Shown one piece after another: positions 35,416-44,169 of a DNA stretch of 52,092 nucleotides; the first letter of the stretch is position 1, and each line of letters starts with the position of its first letter. This DNA is from Candidatus Limnocylindria bacterium (GTDB lineage Bacteria; Chloroflexota; Limnocylindria; P2-11E). The stretch is from contig JBOGTE010000001.1 of the NCBI GenBank assembly GCA_050692015.1, positions 1-52,092 on the forward strand. The letters are read 5' to 3'. The position numbers were made by a program, and so were the translations under genes. The notes beneath the pieces are model-generated. The model was not told the DNA's origin and ran no database searches. It saw nothing but the letters and a program-made list of their open reading frames with translations.

Positions 35416-37763
35416 GCTCGGACCGCCTTCACGGGGTCGTCGCCCGGGACGACCTTCCAGCCGGAGAGCGACTCCGCGCCGAAGACGATGTCGTCGGGAC
35501 GCACGGGCACCCTGTTCAGCGGCTTGCCGGTGGCGGCCCGGATGGCGGCCACGATGGCCGGCGTGCTCGAGATCGTGGGAGGCTCGCCCACCCCCTTCGC
35601 GCCGTAGGGCGCGTCGGGGTGCGGGTGCTCGATCACGTCGGCCACGACCGGCGGCATATCCAGGATCGTCGGCAGCAGGTAGTCGGTGAAGGAGGCGTTG
35701 CGCACGCGCCCGTCCTTCAGCTGGATCTCCTCCATCACCGCGAGCCCGAGGCCCTGGGCGATGCCGCCCTCGATCTGGCCGACGACCGCGAGCGGATTGA
35801 CGGCCTTGCCCACGTCCTGCGCCGTCGCGACCTGGACCACGCGCACGAGGCCCGTGCCCAGGTCCACGTCCACGGTCGCGCGGTGTGCCGCGAAGAGGAA
35901 GGCGACGTGGCCGTCCGACTGCCCGGCGTCCTTGTCGCGCGGGTCGGTGTCGCGGTGGCGGTAGGTGACGGTCCGCTCGATCGGAACGTCCACGACGCGC
36001 CACGCGGTGTCCGGATCCGCGAGCAGCTCGCGGTCGTCCTCCGGAAGGGACCGGCCGCGCGCCGCGGCGCGGCGCCGGACCTCGGAGATCACCTCGCGGC
36101 AGGCGGCCTGGACCGCGCCGCCCGTCATCCACGTCTGCCTCGACGCGGAGCTCGAGCCGGCCGAGCCGACGGTCGTGTCCGGTGTCTCGAGCTCGACGCG
36201 CTCGATGCCCAGCTCGGTGCGCGCGACCTGGAGCATCACCGTGACGACGCCCTGGCCGACCTCGGCGGACGCGGTGTGCACGCGCGCCACGACCCCGGCG
36301 GGGTCGCGTTCAAGGCGCACGCGCGCGGTCGCGAAGTCGTCGAACCCGTGCGAGTAGCAGACGTTCTTCATGCCCGCCGCGAAGCCCGTCCCGCGTACCA
36401 CGCCCTCGCCGTGCGTGAGGTTCCCCGTCCCGCCCGGCAGCAGGAGCCGGTCGCTGGGGATCTCCGGAGCGAGGGCCGGGAGCTCGGCGCAGCGCCGCAC
36501 GATCTCGGCGACCGGCGCGGAGCCCCGCATGGGCTGCCCGGTGGCGATCGGGTCGCCCTCGCGCAGTCCGTTCTGGACGCGGACGGCCACGGGCGTGATC
36601 CCGCACGCCGCGGCCAGGCGGTCCATCTGCGCCTCGTAGGCGAAGCAGGACTGCACCGCGCCGAAGCCGCGCATGGCACCGTTGGGCGGGCCGTTGGTGT
36701 AAGCGACCACTCCTTCTATGAGCGCGTTCGGAACGCGGTAGGGGCCGGCGCCGAAGCACGCCGCGTTCGCGATCACGGCGCCGCTCGAGGAGGCATAGGC
36801 CCCACCGTCCAGCACCAGCGTTGCCCGGACGTACACCAAGCGGCCCTCCCTCGTGGCGCCGTGCTCGTACCACATGCGCGCGGGATGGCGGTGCACGTGC
36901 CCGTAGAAGGACTCCTCGCGCCCGTAGGTCATGCGGACGGGCCGCTGCGTGCGGAGCGCCAGCAGGCAGCAGTGGATCTGCAGCGAGACGTCCTCGCGCG
37001 CGCCGAACGCCCCGCCGACTCCGGCCAGCACCAGGCGCACCTTCGCCTCCGGCAGGCCCAGGCACGGCGCGATCTGCGAGAGGTCCTCGTGCAGCCACTG
37101 CGTCGCGATGTGCAGCGTCACGCCGCCGTCGTCGCCGGGTACGGCCAGCCCGGCCTCGGGTCCGAGCGCGGCCTGGTCCTGCATCCCGACCTCGTACTCG
37201 CCGCTGACCACGACCTCGGCCGCGGCGCTCACGTCGCCGTGCGCGACGCGGACGCTCTCGATGACGTTCCCGTCGGGGTGCAGCTTCGGCGCGCCCCTCT
37301 GCAGGGCCGCGACCGGGTCCGTGACCGGGGTCATCGGCTCGTAGTCCACGGCGATCGCGAGGGCCGCGGCCTTCGCCTGCTCGATGTCGTCCGCCGCCAC
37401 CAGAGCGACGGGCTCGCCGACGTAGCGCACCACGTCGTCCGCGAGCACCGGCTGGTCGCGCTTCATCAGCCCGAAGAGCGCGCGCGTCGGCAGGTCCTTG
37501 GCGGTCATGACGGCGCGGACGCCCTCCATCTTCTCGGCTCTCGTCACGTCGATCGACCGGATGCGCGCGTAGGCGTGAGGGCTGCGCAGCGTGTGGCCGG
37601 CGAGCATGCCCTCGTGGCGGAGGTCGCTCGCGTAGGCGAACTCGCCCTTGACCTTGGCCACGGCGTCCGGGCGCTCGGCGGACTCGCCCACCACGCCGCG
37701 GACCTTGAGGCGCGCGCCCGGCCGCGGCGGCGCGAGCGTGAGGCTTGGAACGGGACGGCTCAC
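35412..37763 (-). CDS. Xanthine dehydrogenase / aldehyde oxidase-family molybdopterin-binding large subunit
   Basis: 783 aa. VKGEFAYASDL...GMLAGHTLRSPHAYARIRSIDV, GGAFG, and ...GVGEPP. The proposed GTG start at 37763 overlaps the small-subunit stop (GTGA). Confidence 0.9.
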   Translation of the reverse strand: MSRPVPSLTLAPPRPGARLKVRGVVGESAERPDAVAKVKGEFAYASDLRHEGMLAGHTLRSPHAYARIRSIDVTRAEKMEGVRAVMTAKDLPTRALFGLMKRDQPVLADDVVRYVGEPVALVAADDIEQAKAAALAIAVDYEPMTPVTDPVAALQRGAPKLHPDGNVIESVRVAHGDVSAAAEVVVSGEYEVGMQDQAALGPEAGLAVPGDDGGVTLHIATQWLHEDLSQIAPCLGLPEAKVRLVLAGVGGAFGAREDVSLQIHCCLLALRTQRPVRMTYGREESFYGHVHRHPARMWYEHGATREGRLVYVRATLVLDGGAYASSSGAVIANAACFGAGPYRVPNALIEGVVAYTNGPPNGAMRGFGAVQSCFAYEAQMDRLAAACGITPVAVRVQNGLREGDPIATGQPMRGSAPVAEIVRRCAELPALAPEIPSDRLLLPGGTGNLTHGEGVVRGTGFAAGMKNVCYSHGFDDFATARVRLERDPAGVVARVHTASAEVGQGVVTVMLQVARTELGIERVELETPDTTVGSAGSSSASRQTWMTGGAVQAACREVISEVRRRAAARGRSLPEDDRELLADPDTAWRVVDVPIERTVTYRHRDTDPRDKDAGQSDGHVAFLFAAHRATVDVDLGTGLVRVVQVATAQDVGKAVNPLAVVGQIEGGIAQGLGLAVMEEIQLKDGRVRNASFTDYLLPTILDMPPVVADVIEHPHPDAPYGAKGVGEPPTISSTPAIVAAIRAATGKPLNRVPVRPDDIVFGAESLSGWKVVPGDDPVKAVRA

Positions 37764-38233
37764 CGGTACACGGCTTTTGCGGCGCGCTGGACCGCGTCGA
37801 TGATCCGGCCGTAGCCGGTGCAGCGGCAGATGTTGCCGGCCAGCGCCTCCCGCACCTCGGCCTCGCTCGGCTCCGGGTTCTCCCGCAGGAGCGCCTCGGT
37901 CGCGACGATCAGGCCAGGGGTGCAGAAGCCGCACTGGACCGCCCCCGCCTCGACGTAAGCGCGCTGGACCGGATGCATCTCGCCCTCGCCGGCGAGCCCC
38001 TCCACGCTCACGACGGTCCGGCCGTCCGCGGCCGCGGCCAGCACCAGGCAGGAGCAGACGAGCTCGCCATCCATGACCACGGAACAGGAGCCGCACTCGC
38101 CCTGCTCGCAGGCGTTCTTGCTGCCGGCGAGGCCGAAGCGCTCGCGGAGCGCCGTGAGGAGCGACTCGTGGGTGGCGACCTCGGCCGATCGTCTCTGGCC
38201 ATTCAAGCGAAGCTCGATGGTGCGAGTGGTCAC
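37760..38233 (-). CDS. Xanthine dehydrogenase (2Fe-2S)-binding small subunit
   Basis: CEQGECGSCSV and QCGFCTPG...GNICRCTGY are the two [2Fe-2S] Cys clusters. GTGA overlap with the FAD subunit stop. Confidence 0.92.
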   Translation of the reverse strand: MTTRTIELRLNGQRRSAEVATHESLLTALRERFGLAGSKNACEQGECGSCSVVMDGELVCSCLVLAAAADGRTVVSVEGLAGEGEMHPVQRAYVEAGAVQCGFCTPGLIVATEALLRENPEPSEAEVREALAGNICRCTGYGRIIDAVQRAAKAVYR

Positions 38234-39075
38234 AGCTTCGAGACTCGCGCGAGCGCTCGGGAAGCCATCACCGAAAGGACGTGGCGGCGGTACGCGGCGG
38301 TGCCGCGCACGTCGTCGATGGGCCGAGCCGCCGCCGCCACGAGGCGGCCGAACTCGGCGCAGGTCGCCTCCGAGGGCGCGGTCCGCCCGTCCCAGCCGCC
38401 CTCGTCGAACACGCCGCCGGCGAACGCCTCGCCCTCGGTGGCCCGGATGATCGTCGGGCCGCACGACCCGAGCCCCGCGCCGACGCGGCGGCGTGCGCGG
38501 TCGATCACGAGCGCCAGGCTGGCGATCGAGATGACCATCGCGTTCCGCGTGCCGGCCTTCATGAAGGTCTGGCTCGGACCCGCTTCCGCCCACTCGGCGG
38601 CGACGACGAGCTCGTCCTGCCGGCGCACGCTCTTCTTCGGTCCCGTCATGTACTCGGTGAAGGGCACGCGCCGCTCGCCGGAGGCCGACCGCAGCACCAC
38701 GACGGCGTCGAGCGCCGCGAGCACCGGCAGCGTGTCGCCCGCGGGCGAGCACATGCCCAGGTTCCCGCCGAGCGTGCCGGCGTTGCGGATCTGCGGGGAG
38801 CCGACCGTGCGCGCCGCCTCGCGCAGCGCCGCCGAGCCCGCGTCCTCCTCGAGGATCCGCGTGTAGGTGACGCCGGCGCCCATCCGGACGCGGCCGTTGC
38901 GCTCGATGCCGCGGAGCTCCTCGAGGCGGTCGATGGCCACCACCGCGACCGGCCGGCGGCGGCCGAAGTTGATCTCGACCAGGAGGTCGGTGCCGCCGCA
39001 GAGGGGCTCCGCGTCAGGCCGGGACGCGAGGAACGCCAGCGCGTCGTCGAGGCGCCGCGCTATCTCGACGTGCAA
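38230..39075 (-). CDS. Xanthine dehydrogenase FAD-binding (CoxM-like) subunit
   Basis: LCGGTDLLVE, IRNAGTLGGNL, and C-terminal DVRGTAAYRRHV. TTG start. Confidence 0.88.
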   Translation of the reverse strand: MHVEIARRLDDALAFLASRPDAEPLCGGTDLLVEINFGRRRPVAVVAIDRLEELRGIERNGRVRMGAGVTYTRILEEDAGSAALREAARTVGSPQIRNAGTLGGNLGMCSPAGDTLPVLAALDAVVVLRSASGERRVPFTEYMTGPKKSVRRQDELVVAAEWAEAGPSQTFMKAGTRNAMVISIASLALVIDRARRRVGAGLGSCGPTIIRATEGEAFAGGVFDEGGWDGRTAPSEATCAEFGRLVAAAARPIDDVRGTAAYRRHVLSVMASRALARVSKL

Positions 39076-39098
39076 GGTGGTGCGAGTTTAGGGGCCGG

Positions 39099-40379
39099 TC
39101 ACCCCAGACCTGCGCGCGAGACGAGCGCCTGCACCGCCTCCATCGCCGCGGCGCGGACCGCGGAGGGATCGAAGCGCGCGGGGACGCCGTCCCGGACGAG
39201 CACCTGCCCATCGACGATCACGTCGCGGACGGCGCGCGAGCCGCCGCCGAACACGATCCGCGTCGCCTCGTCGCCGCCCGGCGCCAGGCGCTCGGCGTCC
39301 AGCACGACCACGTCGGCGCGCTTGTCCACGGACAGCGATCCGATCTCGGCACCCAGGTGAAGCGCCTTCGCGCCCTCCGCCGTTGCCATCCCGAGCACGT
39401 CCCAGGCGGTGAGCGCTCCGGGTCCCCTGCGCTCGCGCGCCAGGAGCGCGGCGAGCCGCATCTCCTCGAAGGCGTCGAGCCGGTTGTTGCACGCCGCGCC
39501 GTCGGCCCCGATCCCGACGGTGATGCCGGCCTCCCGGAGACCGACCACGTCGGCGACGCCGCTGCCCAGCTTCAGGTTCGAGGACGGGCAGTGCGTCACC
39601 GAGGCGCCGACCGAGCGGAGCGCCTTCACCTCCTCGGGGTCGAGGTGCACGGCGTGCGCGAGCACCGCCCGCTCGGATGCCACACCGACCTCGATGAGGT
39701 ACTGGGCCGGCGCGCGGCCGGTCGCCTTCTCGATCAACTCGCGCTCGCTCGCGTTCTCGTTCGTGTGCGTGTGGACCAGGTGCGAGCCCATGCGCGAGAG
39801 CGCCGAGACAGCCTCGAGCAGCTCCCGCGTGCAGGAGAGAGCGAAGCGCGGGGCGTAGGCGTACCCGATCCGCCCGGCGTCGTGGCCGTGCCAGCGCTTG
39901 ATGAGCGCGGTCGCGGCGTCGAGGGAGCCGCGCGTGGTCTCGAGCAGATCCGGCGGGACGCCCTCGCCCGTGTCCATCATCGCCTGGCCGAACCGGGCGC
40001 GGATCCCGCTAGCCGCGATCTCCTCCGCGACCGCGTCGCCGAGATGCGACGTCCCCATGTCCAGGATCGTCGTCGTCCCGGTGAGGAGAAGCTCCAGGAT
40101 GCCGGCGCGCGCGCTCGCTCGGATGGACGCCTCGTCGTGCGCCGCCTCGAGCGGCCAGACCCGCGTGCGCAGCCAGTCCAGCAGCGAGAGGTCCTCGGCC
40201 AGACCTCGGAAGAGCGTCTGGACCAGGTGGACGTGCGTCTGCACCAGGCCGGGGGTGACGTAGCAGCCGGAGGCGTCGATCACCTCGGCGTCCGCCGGTG
40301 CCGCGACCTTCCCCACTCCGACGATCTGCCGGCCCCGGATCAGCAGGTCGCCGCGCAGGGTGCGCGGCCCGTGGTCCAT
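39099..40379 (-). CDS. ATZ/TRZ-family amidohydrolase, probable guanine (or related purine) deaminase
   Basis: PGLVQTHVHLVQT (HxH), HTHTNEN (HxH..E), HAVH, and GADGAACNN. Conserved N-terminal sequence LSLVVRGGTLIP lies in frame upstream of ATG 40379 with no canonical start codon. Confidence 0.8.
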   Translation of the reverse strand: MDHGPRTLRGDLLIRGRQIVGVGKVAAPADAEVIDASGCYVTPGLVQTHVHLVQTLFRGLAEDLSLLDWLRTRVWPLEAAHDEASIRASARAGILELLLTGTTTILDMGTSHLGDAVAEEIAASGIRARFGQAMMDTGEGVPPDLLETTRGSLDAATALIKRWHGHDAGRIGYAYAPRFALSCTRELLEAVSALSRMGSHLVHTHTNENASERELIEKATGRAPAQYLIEVGVASERAVLAHAVHLDPEEVKALRSVGASVTHCPSSNLKLGSGVADVVGLREAGITVGIGADGAACNNRLDAFEEMRLAALLARERRGPGALTAWDVLGMATAEGAKALHLGAEIGSLSVDKRADVVVLDAERLAPGGDEATRIVFGGGSRAVRDVIVDGQVLVRDGVPARFDPSAVRAAAMEAVQALVSRAGLG

Positions 40380-40411
40380 CGGGATGAGCGTCCCGCCGCG
40401 TACGACGAGAC

Positions 40412-41725
40412 TCAGGGCGTCACCAGCTTCCCGTGCCCGGCCGCCGCGACGATCTCACCTTCCAACTGAACGGTGACGCCCCGGACGATGGTGCGGACGA
40501 CGGCTCCGGTGAAGCGACGGCCGGCGTACGGGCTGACCGCGCTGCGCGCCTGCACGGCCGTCTCCTCGAGCGTCCACTCGCGGTCCGGATCGACGAGCAC
40601 GAGGTCGGCGTCGGAGTGCGGGCGGATCGATCCCTTGCGCGGGAAGAGGCCCAAGAGGCGCGCGGGTGCCTCGGCGACGAGCCGCACCAGCGCGGGCAAC
40701 CGGAGGCGCTTCGCCCGCAGGCCCTCGGTGAGGAGCACCGGTAGGAAAGACTGGATCCCGGCGACGCCGCCCCAGGCGGCGACCAGCTCGCCCTGCTTCA
40801 TGTTCGCCGGACACGGTGAGTGGTCCGATGCCACCAGGTCCAGTGCGCCGTCACCGAGCGCGCGCCAGAGCTCGGCCCGGTCCGCGGCCGTGCGTATCGG
40901 CGGCGCGCACTTCAGCGATGCGCCCTTCCTCTCCACGTCCTCGCTGGTGAACGCCAGGTAGTGGGGACACGTCTCGGCCGTGAGCCACACGGCACGGGCC
41001 TTCGCGCGGCGCACCGCGGAGACCGCCGCGCGTCCGCTGGCGTGGACGACGTGTACGCGGGCGCCCACCGCGAGCGCGGCGTCGGCGAGCCGGTCGATGG
41101 CGGCCGCCTCCGCCTCCGGCGGCCGGGATCCCAGCCACCCGGCGGCGCCGGACGCGCCCTCGGCACGGGCCCGCTCGGCGCCCTCGCGGGTCAGCGCGTC
41201 GTCCTCGCAGTGCACCGCGACGGCCAAGCCGGCGTTGGCCGCGAGAGCGAGGGCGCTCCGCAGCTCGGCGTCGGGGAGGTGCGGGAACTCCTCGATGCCG
41301 CTCTCCGTCATGAACGCCTTGAGCCCCACCGCGCCGCGCATCCGGAGCTCACGGAGCTTGCCGGCGTCGGCGCCGGGGACGAGACCGCCCCACAGCGCGT
41401 GATCGACCACGGCCGAAGCGGCGGCCGCCTCGCGCTTGGCGTCGAACGACGCTCCGTCGAGCGTGGGCGGGACCGAGTTGAGCGGCATGTCGGCGACGGT
41501 CGTGATCCCGCCGAGCGCGGCGCCGCGCGTGCCCGCCGCCCAGCCCTCCCACTCCGCGCGGCCCGGCTCGTTGAAGTGGGCGTGCGCGTCCACCGCTCCC
41601 GGGAGCACCAGCAGTCCGCGTGCGTCCACCTCGTCGTTCGCGCGACCCTGCCCCGGCTCGACGATCACATCTACGCGGCCGCTCTCGACGAGGATGTCCC
41701 GCGCGACCACGTCGGATCCGATCAC
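40412..41725 (-). CDS. allB: Allantoinase (cyclic amidohydrolase)
   Basis: PGAVDAHAHFNEPGRAEWEGW, GITTVADMPLNS.P, GLKAFM (carbamylated Lys), VHCED, HVVHAS, and SDHSP. In-frame HDLAIRGGRVV precedes the first canonical start (GTG 41725). Confidence 0.88.
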   Translation of the reverse strand: MIGSDVVARDILVESGRVDVIVEPGQGRANDEVDARGLLVLPGAVDAHAHFNEPGRAEWEGWAAGTRGAALGGITTVADMPLNSVPPTLDGASFDAKREAAAASAVVDHALWGGLVPGADAGKLRELRMRGAVGLKAFMTESGIEEFPHLPDAELRSALALAANAGLAVAVHCEDDALTREGAERARAEGASGAAGWLGSRPPEAEAAAIDRLADAALAVGARVHVVHASGRAAVSAVRRAKARAVWLTAETCPHYLAFTSEDVERKGASLKCAPPIRTAADRAELWRALGDGALDLVASDHSPCPANMKQGELVAAWGGVAGIQSFLPVLLTEGLRAKRLRLPALVRLVAEAPARLLGLFPRKGSIRPHSDADLVLVDPDREWTLEETAVQARSAVSPYAGRRFTGAVVRTIVRGVTVQLEGEIVAAAGHGKLVTP

Positions 41726-41762
41726 GACGCGCCCGCCGCGGATCGCGAGATCGTGCGGCGCC

Positions 41763-42176
41763 TCAGGCCTCCTCTATCAGCAGATCCTGCGCGCCCTGCC
41801 ACAGGGTCATACGGCCCAGCTCCGCCAGGTCTTGCAGCCCTTCGGAGATCGTCGCGAAGTGGTTCCCCGCGAGCTGGCCGACCTTGCTCGCGAACAGCGC
41901 CGCTCCGTAGGGGACCAGGATCTCCATCTCCGAGACGCCGCCGGGATACAGAAGGAGCTGGCCGGGCGCCGGGTGGCTGGTGTGGTCCTCGTACGGGAGC
42001 TCGAGCCTCGTATCGCCCATCGGTACCCACATCGCCTCCCCGCTCCAGCGGGCGTGGATCAGCTTGGTGCGCATCGGCAGCAGCCGGCGGACCGCGGCAC
42101 ACGTCTTCGGCGCAGCGGCGACCTCGAGCCGCGCGCTGAACACGTAGGGGCCGGCGGCGATGCGAAGCGTCGTCAT
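41763..42176 (-). CDS. DUF3830-like (cyclophilin-like fold) protein
   Basis: MTTLRIAAGPYVFSARLEVAAAPKTCAAVRRLLPMRTKLIHARWSGEAMWVP. The pattern resembles DUF3830 as I recall it, but the assignment is not certain. Confidence 0.55.
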   Translation of the reverse strand: MTTLRIAAGPYVFSARLEVAAAPKTCAAVRRLLPMRTKLIHARWSGEAMWVPMGDTRLELPYEDHTSHPAPGQLLLYPGGVSEMEILVPYGAALFASKVGQLAGNHFATISEGLQDLAELGRMTLWQGAQDLLIEEA

Positions 42177-42200
42177 GCCGCGCGTACGATACCGGCGCTC

Positions 42201-42524
42201 ATGGCGGGGCCATCTCTCTCGACCCACGTTCTCGACACCGGGACAGGCCGCCCCGCGGCCGGCGTCGCCGTGTCGGTGTACCGCGGCGACGACCTCCTCG
42301 GCTCGGGCACGACCGACGCGGACGGCCGGGTCAAGGAGCTCGCGACCGGCGCGCTCGCCGAGGGGACGCACCGCATCGTCTTCGAGGTCGGCGCGTACTT
42401 CAGCGGCGACGAGGGCCCGTTCTTCCGCCGGGTCGCACTGGACGTCGAGCTGGGGGCCGCGGGCCACTATCACGTCCCGCTGCTCGTCTCGCGCTACGGG
42501 TGCGTCTCCTACCGCGGGAGTTGA
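42201..42524 (+). CDS. 5-hydroxyisourate hydrolase (transthyretin-like)
   Basis: LSTHVLDTGTGRPAAGV...HYHVPLLVSRYGCVSYRGS, with the diagnostic C-terminal YRGS. Confidence 0.9.
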   Translation: MAGPSLSTHVLDTGTGRPAAGVAVSVYRGDDLLGSGTTDADGRVKELATGALAEGTHRIVFEVGAYFSGDEGPFFRRVALDVELGAAGHYHVPLLVSRYGCVSYRGS

Positions 42525-42961
42525 TCGAGCGTGAAGAGCTGATCCGAGCGCTGGAGCGGGCGCCCGCGCTCGCGGAGCAGCTGGCCCGCGAAGCGCCGTT
42601 CCCGTCGGTCGATGCCGCGATCGAGCGGGCTCGCGCCGTCCTCGACGACATGACCGTGGGCGAGCGCATCGCCGTCCTCGACGCTCACCCGCGGATCGGC
42701 GCGGACCCGGGCGCGCTCTCGGAGGCCTCGCAGCGGGAGCAGGGCGCGGAGGACACCGCGGTCGCGGCGGAGCTGGCGCGCCTCAACGAGGAGTACGAGC
42801 GCCGCTTCGGGTTCCGCTTCGTGGTGTTCGTCGCCGGCCGCAGCCGGGCCGAGATCGTCCCCGTGCTTCGCGACCGGCTGACCAGATCGCGCGAGGACGA
42901 GCTGCTCACCGGAACGGGCGAGCTCCTCGCGATCGCGCGCGATCGCCTGGGGCGCTCCTAG
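42521..42961 (+). CDS. OHCU (2-oxo-4-hydroxy-4-carboxy-5-ureidoimidazoline) decarboxylase
   Basis: LDAHPRIG...S..EQ.G......L..LN..YE.RFGF.FV.FV.GRS...I. A TTG at 42521 would give a TTGA overlap with the HIU hydrolase stop; the ORF track start is 42500. Confidence 0.85.
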   Translation: MIEREELIRALERAPALAEQLAREAPFPSVDAAIERARAVLDDMTVGERIAVLDAHPRIGADPGALSEASQREQGAEDTAVAAELARLNEEYERRFGFRFVVFVAGRSRAEIVPVLRDRLTRSREDELLTGTGELLAIARDRLGRS

Positions 42962-42964
42962 GCG

Positions 42965-44167
42965 ATGGATCCCGTCCAGAGCGCGTACGCCCTCGACTGG
43001 CTGCACCTCGTCGTGCGGTGGCTGCACATCGCCGCGGCGATCGCCTGGGTGGGCGCGTCGTTCTACTTCATCGCGCTCGACCAGTCCCTGCGCGACGCCG
43101 AGGACGAGCGCGACACCGCGCGCGGCGTCGATGGCGAGGCCTGGGAGATCCACGGCGGCGGCTTCTACCGCATAGAGAAGTTCCGCGTCGCGCCGGCGCG
43201 GCTGCCCGGGTCGCTGCGGTGGTTCAGGTGGGAGGCCTACATCACCTGGCTCTCGGGGTTCGGCCTCTTGGTCCTCCTCTATTACGTCGATCCCGCACGT
43301 TTCCTCATCGATCAGCAAGTAATGGCCCTCGAGCCCTGGGCCGCGGTCGCCGCCAGCGTGGCCATCCTCGGTGTCGGCTGGCTCGCGTACGACCTGGCCT
43401 CGCGCGTCCTCGAAGACCGGCCGCTCGTGCTCGCCGTCGCGGTCATCGCGTTGGTCGTCGCCGTCGTCTGGGTCTCGACGCAGCTGTTCAGCGCGCGAGC
43501 CGCGTACATCCAAGCCGGGTCCGCGCTCGGGACCTGGATGGCGGCGAACGTCCTGTTCACGATCATCCCGGGCCAGCGCGAGCTCGTCGCCGCAACGCAG
43601 GCGGGACGCGAGCCGGACGCGCGCTACGGCCTCCGCGGCAAGCAGCGCTCGGTCCACAACAACTACCTCACCCTGCCCGTGATCTTCGCGATGATCTCGC
43701 AGCACTTCCCGTTCACCTACGGACACCCGTTCGGCGCGGCGCTGCTCCTCGCGCTCATGGCCGCGGGCGCGACGGTCCAGCACTTCCTCAACGTTCGGCA
43801 CCAGGGCCGCACCGAGTGGCCGCTCCTCTGGGGGGCGGCCGGGATCGTCCTCGTGGTCGCGCTCGTCGCCGCGCCCGCCACTGTCTCGGCGGAGCCGCTC
43901 ACGCCTGATGAGGTCACCGCCGTCCGCGAGGTCTTCACCGCGCGCTGCGTCTCGTGCCACGCCGAGCGGCCCACGAACGTCGCCTTCACCGCGCCGCCCA
44001 AGGGCCTCTCGCTCGAGGGCTCGGCGCGCATCCGCGCGACCGCGCAGCTGATCTACCAGCAGGTCGTGGTGAGCCGGGCCATGCCCCTCGGGAACCAGAC
44101 CGGGATGACCGAAGAGGAGCGCGCTCTCATCGCGCGCTGGTACCGGACGGGCGCGCCTCTTCCCTAG
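42965..44167 (+). CDS. puuD: Integral-membrane cytochrome c urate oxidase (PuuD family)
   Basis: 400 aa. The N-terminus WLHLVVRWLHIAAAIAWVGASFYFIALD..GGGFY and multiple TM helices are followed by a C-terminal soluble domain with the heme c site CVSCH. It lies adjacent to the HIU hydrolase and OHCU decarboxylase genes. Confidence 0.8.
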   Translation: MDPVQSAYALDWLHLVVRWLHIAAAIAWVGASFYFIALDQSLRDAEDERDTARGVDGEAWEIHGGGFYRIEKFRVAPARLPGSLRWFRWEAYITWLSGFGLLVLLYYVDPARFLIDQQVMALEPWAAVAASVAILGVGWLAYDLASRVLEDRPLVLAVAVIALVVAVVWVSTQLFSARAAYIQAGSALGTWMAANVLFTIIPGQRELVAATQAGREPDARYGLRGKQRSVHNNYLTLPVIFAMISQHFPFTYGHPFGAALLLALMAAGATVQHFLNVRHQGRTEWPLLWGAAGIVLVVALVAAPATVSAEPLTPDEVTAVREVFTARCVSCHAERPTNVAFTAPPKGLSLEGSARIRATAQLIYQQVVVSRAMPLGNQTGMTEEERALIARWYRTGAPLP

Positions 44168-44169
44168 CT

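Noticed and set aside
42509-43960. 483-aa minus-strand ORF opposite OHCU decarboxylase and puuD
   Set aside because: It is a shadow ORF with extreme Arg/Asp/Glu content and no recognisable motifs, whereas the plus-strand genes have clear family signatures.
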